A stretch of 64,000 bases of DNA from Flavobacteriales bacterium (GCA_031387085.1 JANNCY010000141.1:1265-65264); one strand, 5' to 3'. Numbered from the stretch's first letter, positions 49,693-61,291 are shown. Numbers and translations: made by a program. The notes: generated from the sequence alone by a model not told the origin.

Positions 49693-50781
49693 TTAAATAT
49701 TTTTTGTTAAGACTTTAATGATTTTATTTTCTGGAAAAAATTCTTTTCCAATGACTTTAAAAATGGTGAAGAAAGGCACAGCGATTATCATTCCTGTAAT
49801 TCCAAATAATAATCCGGCGATGAGTATCACCAAGAAAATTTCTAACGGATGCGAATTCACACTTTTAGAAAATATTAGTGGTGAGGAAAAATTATTATCA
49901 ATCAACTGAACAATAAAAAATCCAATTAATACATAAATTGTCGTTGGTAAAGTATCGGTTTGAAAATCACCATTTAAATTACTCAACATAGTTAATACGG
50001 CAGCAATAACAGATGCGATTAATGGTCCGATGTATGGAACGATATTCAAAATTGCGCACAAAAAAGCAATAACAAACGCATTCTCAACTCCGAATATCAG
50101 TAATACAATTAAATACAATATGCAAATAATGACGAGTTGTATAAGCAAACCAATAAAATAACGCGTCAATAGCAATCGAATTTTATCTACTGAATTTAAT
50201 ATTTGTTGCTCTTGGTTATCAGGCAATATTTTTTTCATTCCGATAATAAAACTTACTTTGTCTTTCAGAAAAAAGAAGCTGATGAAAAAAGTCGCAGCTA
50301 TTCCAATACCCAAGCTGCTAATAGTTCCGATAACGGAATTGAAAAAATCGGTAAAAAAATTAAAATTCAGTTTCGAAGTAATGTCACCTTGACTTACCAT
50401 TTTTGTTGCATCAATATTGTGATCCGCTAAGTAGGTGTTAAATTGATTGTATAACTCAATACAACGATTTTCAATCGATTTAGTGTCGAGAAGTGATAAG
50501 TTATTGCCTTGTGAAATGATGAGCGGAACAAACAACGAAACCAAACCAACAATCAATAGCAAAAAGAAAAACAAAGTCGTAATTACAGCTAGGGTATTTG
50601 GAAATTTCAATTTACGTCTTAAAAATTCCACAATCGGATTGGCAATAAGTGAAAAAATCACAGCAATTATAATGTAGAGAATAACCGTTTGGATAGCGTA
50701 TATGAAATACAAAAACAAGCTAATTAGAACCAAAATCCCAATTGCTTTTAAGATGCCATACGCTATCGTTTTTGAAGTCAT
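49693..50781 (-). CDS. AI-2E family transporter (PerM/UPF0118)
   Basis: Multi-pass membrane protein; NIVPYIGP, QLIDNN..SP, HPLEI and GMIIAVP motifs. Confidence 0.9.
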   Translation of the reverse strand: MTSKTIAYGILKAIGILVLISLFLYFIYAIQTVILYIIIAVIFSLIANPIVEFLRRKLKFPNTLAVITTLFFFLLLIVGLVSLFVPLIISQGNNLSLLDTKSIENRCIELYNQFNTYLADHNIDATKMVSQGDITSKLNFNFFTDFFNSVIGTISSLGIGIAATFFISFFFLKDKVSFIIGMKKILPDNQEQQILNSVDKIRLLLTRYFIGLLIQLVIICILYLIVLLIFGVENAFVIAFLCAILNIVPYIGPLIASVIAAVLTMLSNLNGDFQTDTLPTTIYVLIGFFIVQLIDNNFSSPLIFSKSVNSHPLEIFLVILIAGLLFGITGMIIAVPFFTIFKVIGKEFFPENKIIKVLTKNI

Positions 50782-50785
50782 TTCG

Positions 50786-51424
50786 TTAATTATTAAAGAT
50801 GTAATTTAGAATATTGGCCCCCATTTTCAAGGCTTTTTCTCTAACATCTTTGGGGTCATTATGAACGTCAGGATCTTCCCAGCCATCACCTAAATCACAT
50901 TCGTATGTATACAATAAAACCAAACGGCTTTCAATGAAAATTCCAAATGCTTGTGGACGTTTTCCATCGTGTTCGTGAATTTTCGGCAAACCGTTAGCAA
51001 ATAAATTAGGCTTTTGAAAAATAGGGTGATTGGCTGGAATTTCAACCAAATCATTGTTTGGGAATAGTTTTTTTATTTCCTTCCGTATAAATTCATCCAT
51101 TCCATAATTATCATCCATGTGAAGAAAACCGCCAGACATCATGTAATTTCTAAGATTCGTTTGATCGGCTGCGCTAAAAACCACATTTCCGTGTCCAGTC
51201 ATGTGAACAAAAGGATACGATAACAAATCAGGACTGCTCGGCTCAACTGTTGCAGGTTTCGACTTTATGGTCGTATTTATAGTTTGATTGCTGTATTTAA
51301 TTAAATTGGGAAGCGAAGTTGGATTGGCGTACCAATCGCCACCACCATTGTATTTTAGCAACGCAATTTCTTGTGAAAAACAGTTGGTTGCGATGAATGC
51401 TACGATAAAAATTAGTTTTTTCAT
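50786..51424 (-). CDS. DUF4159 domain protein
   Basis: GGGDWYANP, PFVHMTGHG, GGFLHMDDNY and DLGDGWE motifs. Confidence 0.85.
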   Translation of the reverse strand: MKKLIFIVAFIATNCFSQEIALLKYNGGGDWYANPTSLPNLIKYSNQTINTTIKSKPATVEPSSPDLLSYPFVHMTGHGNVVFSAADQTNLRNYMMSGGFLHMDDNYGMDEFIRKEIKKLFPNNDLVEIPANHPIFQKPNLFANGLPKIHEHDGKRPQAFGIFIESRLVLLYTYECDLGDGWEDPDVHNDPKDVREKALKMGANILNYIFNN

Positions 51425-52134
51425 TAGTTGGTTTCATTACTAAATACAACACTATGACAAGCTACAATTGCGGCTGTTTCTGTTCGAAGTCTTGTATCTC
51501 CCAAAGTTACTGGAATATATTTGTTTTGCAAAGCGGATTGAATTTCTTTAACAGAAAAATCGCCTTCCGGACCAATTAAAAGTGTTACATTTTGATTTGG
51601 AATTAGGGTATTTTTGAATGATTTTTTTTCCAATTCTTCACAATGAGCAATGTATTTTTGTCCAGTTATTTCTTTTTTTACAAAATCTTTAAACGCTATT
51701 GGGTCGTTAAATTGTGGTAAATAATACTGATTGGATTGCTTCATTGCAGAAAGAAGAATCTTATCAAATCGATCTCGTTTGATTATTCTCCTTTCGGAAT
51801 GATCACAAATTATTGGCGTTATTTCGTGAATACCTATTTCAGTTGCTTTTTCTATAAACCATTCATAGCGTTCGTTCATTTTGGTTGGTGCAACGACTAA
51901 ATGAAAATGGTAGTTGGAAGGTTTTTGTTCTTCAAAAGAAATGATGTTGCAGGTACATTTACTGTCGGATGCTAAAGCAATCTCTGTTTTAAATAAAAAA
52001 CCTAAACCGTTAGTAACAAATAGTATGTCGCTTTCTTTTTTACGCAATACTTTAATAATATGCTTGCTTTCTTCTTTATCAAATGAAAAAGAAGTAGAAG
52101 TTGGATTGATATCTTTAAAATAGAATAATTGCAT
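51424..52134 (-). CDS. rsmE: 16S rRNA m3U1498 methyltransferase
   Basis: HIIKVLR, EKATEIG, SAMKQS, IGPEGDF and LGDTRLRTETA motifs. Confidence 0.95.
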   Translation of the reverse strand: MQLFYFKDINPTSTSFSFDKEESKHIIKVLRKKESDILFVTNGLGFLFKTEIALASDSKCTCNIISFEEQKPSNYHFHLVVAPTKMNERYEWFIEKATEIGIHEITPIICDHSERRIIKRDRFDKILLSAMKQSNQYYLPQFNDPIAFKDFVKKEITGQKYIAHCEELEKKSFKNTLIPNQNVTLLIGPEGDFSVKEIQSALQNKYIPVTLGDTRLRTETAAIVACHSVVFSNETN

Positions 52135-52143
52135 CGTATAACT

Positions 52144-53172
52144 TTAAAAATCAATTCTTGGTTTAGAAATTACTGTTGCATCATTAAACTGATTACTCAG
52201 GTACTTTTGATAACCAACAATACCAATCATGGCGGCGTTATCGGTAGTATACTCAAATTTCGGAATAAATGTTTTCCAACCGTATTTATTTTCGGCTTCT
52301 TTTAAGGTAGCTCTAATTCCAGAATTGGCTGAAACGCCACCACCAATCGCGATTTGCTTTATTCCCGTTTGCGCAACTGCCAACAGTAATTTATCCATTA
52401 ATATTTCAATAATAGTATGTTGGATAGAAGCACAAATATCTGCCTTATTTTCTTCTATAAAATTTGGATTTTGAGTAACATTTTTCTGTATAAAATAGAG
52501 GATTTGTGTTTTTAATCCCGAGAAACTGAAATTCAATCCCGAAATTTTTGGTTTAGTAAAAGTATACTTTTTTGGATTTCCTTCTTTCGCTAATCGATCA
52601 ATTAAAGGTCCACCTGGATAAGGCAATCCCAATATTTTTGCACTTTTATCAAATGCTTCTCCAACAGCATCGTCAGTGGTTTCTCCGATAATTTCCATAT
52701 CAAAAAAATCTTTCACCATAACGATTTGTGTATGACCACCCGAAATCGTCAATGCTAAAAAAGGAAACGTTGGTTTGTCATATCCTTCTTCTTTTATAAA
52801 ATGTGCTAAAATGTGACCATGCATATGATTCACAGCAATTAATGGAATGTTTAATCCGAGTGCCAACGATTTTGCAAAAGACGATCCAACCAAAAGCGAA
52901 CCCATTAATCCAGGCCCCTGAGTGAATGCAATGGCGTTCAATTGACTTTTATCGATATTGGCTTTACGCAAAGCTACTTCAACAACCGGAACGATATTGT
53001 GTAAATGCGCTCTGGAGGCTAATTCTGGCACAACGCCACCAAACTCATTGTGAATGGTTTGGTTGGCTACAATATTTGAGACCACAGTATCGTTTATTAA
53101 AATAGCTGCAGCAGTGTCATCACACGAACTTTCAATAGCTAAAATAAAAATATCCTTCAAAGCGTTAGGCAT
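52144..53172 (-). CDS. tsaD: tRNA N6-adenosine threonylcarbamoyltransferase
   Basis: IESSCDDT, GGVVPELASRAH, NHMHGH, SGGHT, GEAFDK, SFSGLKT and TDNAAMIG motifs. ATG 53172 is preferred over the track start. Confidence 0.96.
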   Translation of the reverse strand: MPNALKDIFILAIESSCDDTAAAILINDTVVSNIVANQTIHNEFGGVVPELASRAHLHNIVPVVEVALRKANIDKSQLNAIAFTQGPGLMGSLLVGSSFAKSLALGLNIPLIAVNHMHGHILAHFIKEEGYDKPTFPFLALTISGGHTQIVMVKDFFDMEIIGETTDDAVGEAFDKSAKILGLPYPGGPLIDRLAKEGNPKKYTFTKPKISGLNFSFSGLKTQILYFIQKNVTQNPNFIEENKADICASIQHTIIEILMDKLLLAVAQTGIKQIAIGGGVSANSGIRATLKEAENKYGWKTFIPKFEYTTDNAAMIGIVGYQKYLSNQFNDATVISKPRIDF

Positions 53173-53273
53173 AATTATTGAATAAAATTTGAATTCCCGT
53201 TTTAAAACGATTAATTTTACAAAGATTACAAAAGTAACTATTTTCAAGGTTTCTTATTCAAAGCCAAAAAAAT

Positions 53274-56200
53274 TTGGAAGAAAAAAAAACAAATACCGGT
53301 TTTAAAAAATTTAGGAAAATAGTTTTTCGTACTTTTCTAGTACTCATTTTACTTTTATTATTGCTCGGTATTGCCTTATCATTACCTTCTGTTCAAACCA
53401 AATTAGCACATTATTTTACGGAGAAATTCAACAAAGATTTTGGAACTGATATTTATATCGATCAAGTAAAAGTTACTGTGTTTGGTGGTGTTCAGCTTAA
53501 AAAAGTAATGATAAAAGACAATCATAAAGACACGCTTATTTATTCGAATAGAATAACTACGAGTATCCTTGATGCGAAAAAGTTAGTTGATGGAAACTTA
53601 ATTTTCGGAAATATAGCGGCCAACGATCTAACACTGAATATTAAAACCTATAAAAACGAAAAAGAGTCCAATTTAGATAAGTTTATAGCTGCTTTTGATG
53701 ACGGAAAAAAATCGTCAGGAAAGTTTTTAATGACCTCGAATAAAATTACTTTAAAAGATAGCCGATTTATAAAAATTGACGAAAACGCAACAACTCAAAA
53801 AGAAGTTGATTTTTCTAAACTTAATGCGACAGTTACCAATTTTAAAATAAAAGGACCAGTGGTAACTACTTCTATTGATAAAATGTCTTTTCAAGATCAT
53901 CGCGGGCTTTTTGTTGAAGATTTTAAAACAAAATTTACGTATACCAAAAAGAATATTCGATTGGAAGAATTGGATTTAAAAACGACTTCTTCTGAATTTA
54001 AAGGGGATGTTGTACTTAATTACAATATGGATAATCACGACTTTTCTGATTTTAATAACAGAGTTGTATTCGATATTAAGGCCAAAGCAGCAGCTATAGC
54101 AACAAACGATATTAGGTATTTTAATAAAGAATTAGCACCACATCAGAAGTTTTATTTTAGTGGAAAAATCTACGGAACTTTAAATGATTTTGCTGTTAAG
54201 GATTTAAATCTCCTCGACAATAATAACTCTCAAATTATTGGAGATGTACATTTTAAAAATTTGCTTGCCAAAAAAGGGAAAGGAAATTTTTATATGAAAG
54301 GGTCTTTCAATAAAGTAGCGTCTAGTTATCAAAATCTGACAAAATTATTACCGAATGTTTTGGGTAAAAAACTACCTACCTCCTTAAAAAAATTAGGACA
54401 ATTTAATTTGGTCGGCAATGCAGAAATTACAGCAAAATCAATTGATGCCGATTTTAAATTGCAAACCAAATTAGGAAATGTAGCTTCTAAATTAGTGATG
54501 ACCAATATCGACAATATTGATAATGCTTCGTATGCTGGAACTATTCAACTGGATAATTTTGACGTTGGCGCTATCTTAAATCGAAGTGATATTGGAAGAA
54601 CTACCATGATTGCCGACGTTGATGGAAAAGGGTTTACACTTAAGTATTTAAATACTAAATTTTCAACCGATATAAAAAGTTTAAATTACAACGGCTATAA
54701 CTACAAAAATGTGGTAGCTGATGGAAGCTTTAAACAACCCATATTCAAAGGAAAAGTGAATGTGAATGATCCGAATTTATTTTTAGATTTTGAAGGTTTA
54801 CTCGATTTAAGTAAAAAAGAAAACAGGTATGATTTTCACGCGAATGTTGATTATGCCAATCTGAAAAATCTGAATATAATCAATGATTCCATAGCCATTT
54901 TTAAAGGCGATGTTGTCATGAAGGTCTACGGAAATTCATTAAACAATATGAAAGGAAATGTAGTACTTACCAATGCTTCTTATCAAAATAAGAAAGATCA
55001 ATATTTCTTTGACAAGTTGGAAGTAAATTCGACTTTTGATCAAGACAATGTTCATAAAATCACACTGAATTCTATTGATGGAATTAATGGCGAAATCGAA
55101 GGAAAATTTGATTTCAACCAAATTTATAAAATGGTTCAAAATTCTTTGGGTAGTTTGTATACCAATTACAAACCCAATTTGATAAGAAAAGGACAGTATT
55201 TTAAATTCAAGTTTGACAATTTTGATAATATCGTTGAAATTCTAAATACCGACATTTCATTAGCAGATGACGCTGTTTTAAGTGGAAAAATAAATGCAGA
55301 TGATAATGACTTTAAACTCAATTTTACAACAAAAAATGTAAAGGCATTTAACACCGAATTTGATAAAGTGCAAATTCAAGTCGATAATAAAAATCCGTTG
55401 TACAACACCTATATCCAAATGGATAGTATCAAAACCAAGCAATATAAAATACGAGATTTTTCATTAATTAACGTCACATCTAAAGATACTTTAAACTTTA
55501 GAACAGAGTTTAAAGGAGGCCCAAAAGGGAATGATTTTTACAATTTAAATTTATACCACACCATAAATAAGGAGAACAAAAACGTTATCGGATTTAATAA
55601 ATCAGAGTTGATGTTCAAAGATTTTATGTGGTACCTAAATGAAAAAAACGACGATAAAAACAAAATCGTTTTTGACAAAGATTTTAAGAATTTCAAATTT
55701 GATGATTTTGTTGTTTCCCATGAAAATCAATCGGTAAGCCTAAATGGTGAAATTAATGGTAAGGCCAATAAAGATTTAAAATTAACCTTTAACGGAGTCA
55801 ATTTGAATAAAATAACGCCCGATGTTGCCAAGTTTAAATTTGATGGGAATGTCAATGGCGAAGTGTATTTAAAGCAAAATAATTCCGTTTACCAACCAAC
55901 TGCTTCACTTGTAATCAAAGATTTAGCGGTGAATGAAAATCAATTGGGTAATATGACTTTGAATATTGAAGGTGATTCTAATTTTTCAAGATTTAATATC
56001 AATTCGGTCATCGAAAATGAAAACTTTGAATCGTTTAAAGCGAATGGAAATCTGCAAATTGTAAACGAGCAAACCCTCATCGATTTGGATTTAAATTTCA
56101 AAAAATTCAATCTTGGGGTTTTAAGTAACCTTGGAGGCGATGTACTAAGTAATATCAGAGGATTTGCTTCCGGAAATGCGCGATTGAATGGAAATATTAA

Positions 56201-57803
56201 AGATATTGATTACAACGGTCGATTATTTGTTGACGGCGCCGGAGTAACGATACCGTATTTAAATGTCGATTATGAAATAAAAGCAAACTCTATTGTCGAT
56301 GTTACCAAAGATAAGTTCATAATAAAACATACTCAAATTACCGATACCAAATTCAAGACAGAAGGTAATTTAGAAGGGTATATTAAACACACCCAATTTA
56401 GTGATTGGAAACTAAATTTAAGTATTGATTCCAGACGTCTTTTAGCTTTAAATACCATAGACCATGAAGGAGCCGCTTATTTTGGTACCGCTTTTATAGA
56501 TGGAAGTGCTACGATTATTGGGCCAACATCAGAATTGGTTATTAATGTAAATGCAGAATCGGAGAAAGGAACCGATGTGAAAATTCCAATTAATGATGCC
56601 GTTGCAGTACAAGAAAATGAATACATCCATTTTAAAACGCCAAATGAGAAATACCATTTAGGAGATCAGACAAAAAAACCAGCTAATAAATACAGTGGGT
56701 TGCAAATGGACTTCGATTTAAAAATAACCAAAGATGCTAATATCGAAGTAATTCTTGATAGGGATTCTGGACATGGAATGAAAGGAATAGGAGAGGGTGG
56801 ACTACTATTCAGAATAAATACCTTAGGTGATTTTAATATGTGGGGCGATTTTATTGTTGAAAAAGGATCCTATAATTTTAAATATGGTGGTTTAGTTGAC
56901 AAAAAATTCGATGTGAAAAAAAATGGTTCCATCGCTTGGACAGGTGACCCATTAAACGCCGTTTTGAATTTAGAAGCCGTTTATAAAACAAGTGCAAATC
57001 CTGCTGTATTAATTGACAATGCTTCTTTTAATAAAAAAATACCTGTAGAAGTGAGTATCGATTTAAAAGGAACTTTAAACAATCCAGAACCCGATTTTAA
57101 TATCGAATTTCCCAATGTAAGTTCCGTTTTAAAATCAGAAATCGAAACCAAATTAAGTGATAGAGATACACGACAAACGCAAGCATTGTACTTACTGTCA
57201 ACAGGAGGTTTTTTAAGTTCCGATGGATTGAGTCAATCGCAATACACCAATTTTGCATTCGAAAAAATCGGAGTGCTGTTCTCTGATATCCTTAATGGTA
57301 AAAACGATAAATTCGATTTGACTGTCGATTATACACAACGCGATAGACGACAAGGCTACGAAACAGACGGTAGAGTATTAGCAACTATATCAACTAAAAT
57401 CAGTGATCGCCTAACTTTTAATGGGCAAGTTGGTGTTCCTGTCGGAGGCATATCAGAAACCGCTATTGTTGGAAATTTCGAATTGGAGTATCGCGTAAAT
57501 GAAGATGGAACATTAAATCTTAGGGTATTTAATAAAGAAAATGAAATTAATTATATAGGTCAAGGTGTTGGATATACGCAAGGAATCGGAATTAATTACG
57601 AAGTCGATTTTGATACTTTTAAAGAATTAATAAATAAAATCTTTACCAAACATAAAATTGATACGGTAAAAAACACAACTACTCCTAATGACGATTCCGA
57701 ACCTATTGATGACGGAATTAAATTTACGGAACCAGAGAAAAATGAAAAGAAAACCGACGAAAATCTAAAACCCAATCAAGATGCTAAACCTACTGATGAA
57801 TAA
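53274..57803 (+). CDS. tamB: Translocation and assembly module TamB (DUF490) family protein
   Basis: 1509 aa; N-terminal membrane anchor, long beta-rich body and C-terminal DUF490-like region (GSYNFKYGG, GDPLNAVLNLEAVY, GVGYTQGIGINY). Confidence 0.8.
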   Translation: MEEKKTNTGFKKFRKIVFRTFLVLILLLLLLGIALSLPSVQTKLAHYFTEKFNKDFGTDIYIDQVKVTVFGGVQLKKVMIKDNHKDTLIYSNRITTSILDAKKLVDGNLIFGNIAANDLTLNIKTYKNEKESNLDKFIAAFDDGKKSSGKFLMTSNKITLKDSRFIKIDENATTQKEVDFSKLNATVTNFKIKGPVVTTSIDKMSFQDHRGLFVEDFKTKFTYTKKNIRLEELDLKTTSSEFKGDVVLNYNMDNHDFSDFNNRVVFDIKAKAAAIATNDIRYFNKELAPHQKFYFSGKIYGTLNDFAVKDLNLLDNNNSQIIGDVHFKNLLAKKGKGNFYMKGSFNKVASSYQNLTKLLPNVLGKKLPTSLKKLGQFNLVGNAEITAKSIDADFKLQTKLGNVASKLVMTNIDNIDNASYAGTIQLDNFDVGAILNRSDIGRTTMIADVDGKGFTLKYLNTKFSTDIKSLNYNGYNYKNVVADGSFKQPIFKGKVNVNDPNLFLDFEGLLDLSKKENRYDFHANVDYANLKNLNIINDSIAIFKGDVVMKVYGNSLNNMKGNVVLTNASYQNKKDQYFFDKLEVNSTFDQDNVHKITLNSIDGINGEIEGKFDFNQIYKMVQNSLGSLYTNYKPNLIRKGQYFKFKFDNFDNIVEILNTDISLADDAVLSGKINADDNDFKLNFTTKNVKAFNTEFDKVQIQVDNKNPLYNTYIQMDSIKTKQYKIRDFSLINVTSKDTLNFRTEFKGGPKGNDFYNLNLYHTINKENKNVIGFNKSELMFKDFMWYLNEKNDDKNKIVFDKDFKNFKFDDFVVSHENQSVSLNGEINGKANKDLKLTFNGVNLNKITPDVAKFKFDGNVNGEVYLKQNNSVYQPTASLVIKDLAVNENQLGNMTLNIEGDSNFSRFNINSVIENENFESFKANGNLQIVNEQTLIDLDLNFKKFNLGVLSNLGGDVLSNIRGFASGNARLNGNIKDIDYNGRLFVDGAGVTIPYLNVDYEIKANSIVDVTKDKFIIKHTQITDTKFKTEGNLEGYIKHTQFSDWKLNLSIDSRRLLALNTIDHEGAAYFGTAFIDGSATIIGPTSELVINVNAESEKGTDVKIPINDAVAVQENEYIHFKTPNEKYHLGDQTKKPANKYSGLQMDFDLKITKDANIEVILDRDSGHGMKGIGEGGLLFRINTLGDFNMWGDFIVEKGSYNFKYGGLVDKKFDVKKNGSIAWTGDPLNAVLNLEAVYKTSANPAVLIDNASFNKKIPVEVSIDLKGTLNNPEPDFNIEFPNVSSVLKSEIETKLSDRDTRQTQALYLLSTGGFLSSDGLSQSQYTNFAFEKIGVLFSDILNGKNDKFDLTVDYTQRDRRQGYETDGRVLATISTKISDRLTFNGQVGVPVGGISETAIVGNFELEYRVNEDGTLNLRVFNKENEINYIGQGVGYTQGIGINYEVDFDTFKELINKIFTKHKIDTVKNTTTPNDDSEPIDDGIKFTEPEKNEKKTDENLKPNQDAKPTDE

Positions 57804-57991
57804 TTTCTATCTTCAATTATAAAAACATCCTTATTATATAGGTAGGTGTAGAATAAAGAGTGTGTTTTTCACTCATAACCTATAAACTTATCAACGAAAA
57901 CGTTTGAATTTTACTACTATTACTAAATTAGTAATAATACTACCTCTTTTATACCACATCTTTATTAATTTTACATTTTTAATTCCAAATA

Positions 57992-58978
57992 ATGTCTAAA
58001 TCTATTAAAAAAATTGGCGTTTTAACTTCTGGAGGAGATTCTCCTGGAATGAATGCCGCCATTCGTTCCGTTGTTCGAACTTGCGCCTATCATGCTATTG
58101 ATTGTGTCGGAATTTACAGAGGATATCAAGGAATGATCGAAGGCGACTTCAAAGAAATGGGCGCGCGTTCTGTAAACAATATTGTAAATAAAGGAGGAAC
58201 CATTTTAAAATCGGCTCGTTCTAAAGAATTCATGTCGACAGAAGGTCGTAAAAAAGCTTACGATAATTTAATAAAAGCAGGAATTGATGCATTAGTAGTT
58301 ATAGGTGGTGACGGTACTTTTACAGGTGCCGAAATATTCAACAACGAATACAATTTTCCAGTAATGGGAATTCCTGGAACTATCGACAATGATATTTTCG
58401 GAACCAGTCATACACTCGGATTTGACACCGCTCTCAACACAGTGGTAGAATGTATCGATAAAATTCGCGATACTGCCAGTTCACACAACCGCCTTTTTCT
58501 TGTTGAAGTGATGGGACGTGATGCCGGTCACATTGCACTTAATGCAGGTATCGGAGCAGGAGCAGAGGAAATACTCATCCCAGAAGAACACTTAGGGTTA
58601 GATCGACTAATCGAATCACTAAGAAGAAGTAAAGCTTCAGGTAAATCATCAAGTATTGTTGTTATTGCTGAAGGTGATAAAATCGGCAAAAATGTTTTCG
58701 AATTAAAAGATTACATCGAAGAAAATTTTCCAGAATATGATATTCGAGTTTCCGTATTAGGTCACATGCAAAGAGGTGGTTCACCATCGTGCTTTGATCG
58801 CGTACTTGCTTCACGATTGGGAGTAAAAGCAGTCGAATCGTTATTGGAAGGAAAATCCAATTTTATGGTAGGAATGCTAAATGATAAAGTTGCCCTAACA
58901 CCATTAGAACAAGCGATTAAAGGACACTCTGAAATCGATAAGGAATTGTTACGAGTATCCGATATCATGTCAACATAA
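57992..58978 (+). CDS. pfkA: ATP-dependent 6-phosphofructokinase
   Basis: TSGGDSPGMN, GGDGT, PGTIDND, EVMGR and LGHMQRGG motifs. Confidence 0.98.
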   Translation: MSKSIKKIGVLTSGGDSPGMNAAIRSVVRTCAYHAIDCVGIYRGYQGMIEGDFKEMGARSVNNIVNKGGTILKSARSKEFMSTEGRKKAYDNLIKAGIDALVVIGGDGTFTGAEIFNNEYNFPVMGIPGTIDNDIFGTSHTLGFDTALNTVVECIDKIRDTASSHNRLFLVEVMGRDAGHIALNAGIGAGAEEILIPEEHLGLDRLIESLRRSKASGKSSSIVVIAEGDKIGKNVFELKDYIEENFPEYDIRVSVLGHMQRGGSPSCFDRVLASRLGVKAVESLLEGKSNFMVGMLNDKVALTPLEQAIKGHSEIDKELLRVSDIMST

Positions 58979-58983
58979 AATGA

Positions 58984-59069
58984 ATTTGGTTATTTGCTTC
59001 GCCTGTTCGCTATCGCTCGGGTGTTGATTTGGTAATTTGATATCAAATAACAAATAACCAAATAACCAT
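58984..59069. repeat. 8-bp-period ATTTGGTT/CAAATAAC inverted array with a GC-rich insert
   Basis: ATTTGGTT ATTT-[GCTTCGCCTGTTCGCTATCGCTCGGG]-...ATTTGGTA ATTTGATA / TCAAATAA CAAATAA CCAAATAA CCA. Confidence 0.75.
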
Positions 59070-59081
59070 ATTAACAAATAA

Positions 59082-60098
<1,017 letters not shown>

Positions 60099-60112
60099 TT
60101 TTATATATTTAC

Positions 60113-60141
60113 AAAATCCCATAATTAATGTGGGATTTTTT
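60113..60141 (+). terminator. Intrinsic terminator after gap
   Basis: AAAATCCCA / TGGGATTTT stem plus T run. Confidence 0.8.
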
Positions 60142-60238
60142 GAAGCTATTTCCCGCTTTCCGCTATATTTTTACATCTGACAGGTTTTAAAAACCTGTCA
60201 GGTGTAAAAGATACCGCTGCAATCGGGGCTAGGGCATC
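60141..60238 (-). repeat. Flavo-1-like element, copy 2, with a REP-like CTGACAGG palindrome as its central stem
   Basis: tgaagctatttcccgctttccgctatattttt-[acatCTGACAGGTTTT AAAAACCTGTCAGgtgt]-aaaagataccgctgcaatcggggctagggcatc. Confidence 0.65.
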
Positions 60239-60257
60239 TCAATAAAATACAACGATA

Positions 60258-60300
60258 ATCTAAAAGGTCTAACAATCTAAGAAGTCTAAAAATCTAAAAA
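60258..60300 (+). repeat. ~8-bp-period TCTAA tandem array (single arm)
   Basis: Five (A/G)TCTAA units immediately before ATG 60301; same unit type as the right arm at 10162-10219. Confidence 0.65.
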
Positions 60301-61152
60301 ATGAAATTACTAGTAGATAGCGGTTCAACAAAAGCCGACTGGATTGCCATAGACGATTCAGGAAAAGTGCTTTTTACCACACAAACCCTCGGATTAAATC
60401 CTGAAGTACTCAATAAAGAGGAAATTATCAATCGTCTCGAAGATAAATTTGATATTTCGCATAACAAAGATAAAGCGTCTCATCTTTTCTTTTACGGAGC
60501 AGGATGTGGAACCGACAGAATGAAAAATTTTCTCACGGAAGTTTTTCAAAAGTATTTTACAAAAGCAACGGTTGTTGTTCACGAAGATACATATGCAGCG
60601 GTTTATGCCACCACTCCTAAAGACGAACAAGCTATCGTTTGCATTTTAGGAACAGGTTCCAATTGTAGTTATTTCGACGGAAAAGTGTTGCATCAAAAAG
60701 TACAATCGCTGGGCTATATCGCCATGGATGATTGCTCAGGAAATCGTTTCGGTCGTCACTTACTACGCGGCTATTATTTCAATACTATGCCTGCCGAATT
60801 GGCAAAAGAATTTGAAGAAGAATACAATCTTGATCCCGATTATATCAAAAACAATTTGTACAAAGAACCCAACCCAAATGCGTATTTGGCCACTTTTGCA
60901 AAGTTCTTAATCAAGCACAAAGACACTCCTTTTTGCAAAACGATTATCAAAGCCGAAATGAAAGATTTTATCGAAAATTATATAATGCAATTCGATAATT
61001 GTAAAGATGTACTGGTCCATTTTGTCGGTTCTATCGCTTTTTACTTAAAAGACGAATTGGAAACTGCTTTAGAAGAATATGACATTAAAATAGGTAATGT
61101 ACTCCGAAGACCTATAGACGGGTTAATACAATACCATATTTTAAATAAATAA
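60301..61152 (+). CDS. BadF/BadG/BcrA/BcrD-type ATPase; N-acetylglucosamine-kinase-like sugar kinase
   Basis: VDSGSTKADW, FYGAGC, ILGTGSN and FVGSIA (ASKHA motifs). Confidence 0.85.
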   Translation: MKLLVDSGSTKADWIAIDDSGKVLFTTQTLGLNPEVLNKEEIINRLEDKFDISHNKDKASHLFFYGAGCGTDRMKNFLTEVFQKYFTKATVVVHEDTYAAVYATTPKDEQAIVCILGTGSNCSYFDGKVLHQKVQSLGYIAMDDCSGNRFGRHLLRGYYFNTMPAELAKEFEEEYNLDPDYIKNNLYKEPNPNAYLATFAKFLIKHKDTPFCKTIIKAEMKDFIENYIMQFDNCKDVLVHFVGSIAFYLKDELETALEEYDIKIGNVLRRPIDGLIQYHILNK

Positions 61153-61164
61153 TGCAAAAACTAA

Positions 61165-61276
61165 TGCACAGAGCGCACAGAGGAATTGCCCAGAGATCCA
61201 CAGACGATTTACTATCTCATAATCCGGTGATTACAATCTACGAAATAATCTCCGTGCCTTCTCTGTGAACTCTGTG
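61165..61276. repeat. 9-bp-period CACAGAG/CTCTGTG inverted element, copy 2
   Basis: Same 18-mer as 6658-6675; further CAGAG/CACAGAC units; inverted CTCCGTG, CTCTGTG and CTCTGTG at 61250-61276. Confidence 0.85.
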
Positions 61277-61291
61277 CAAAAAAATAATAAT

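Noticed and set aside
53173-53247. N-terminal extension of tsaD in the track
   Set aside because: It overlaps the divergent tsaD/tamB promoter region; homology starts shortly after ATG 53172.
57837-57884. Nested hairpin TATAGGT...GAGTG/CACTC...ACCTATA upstream of pfkA
   Set aside because: Short AT-rich stems with large unpaired parts and no U tract; not distinguishable from chance without conservation data.
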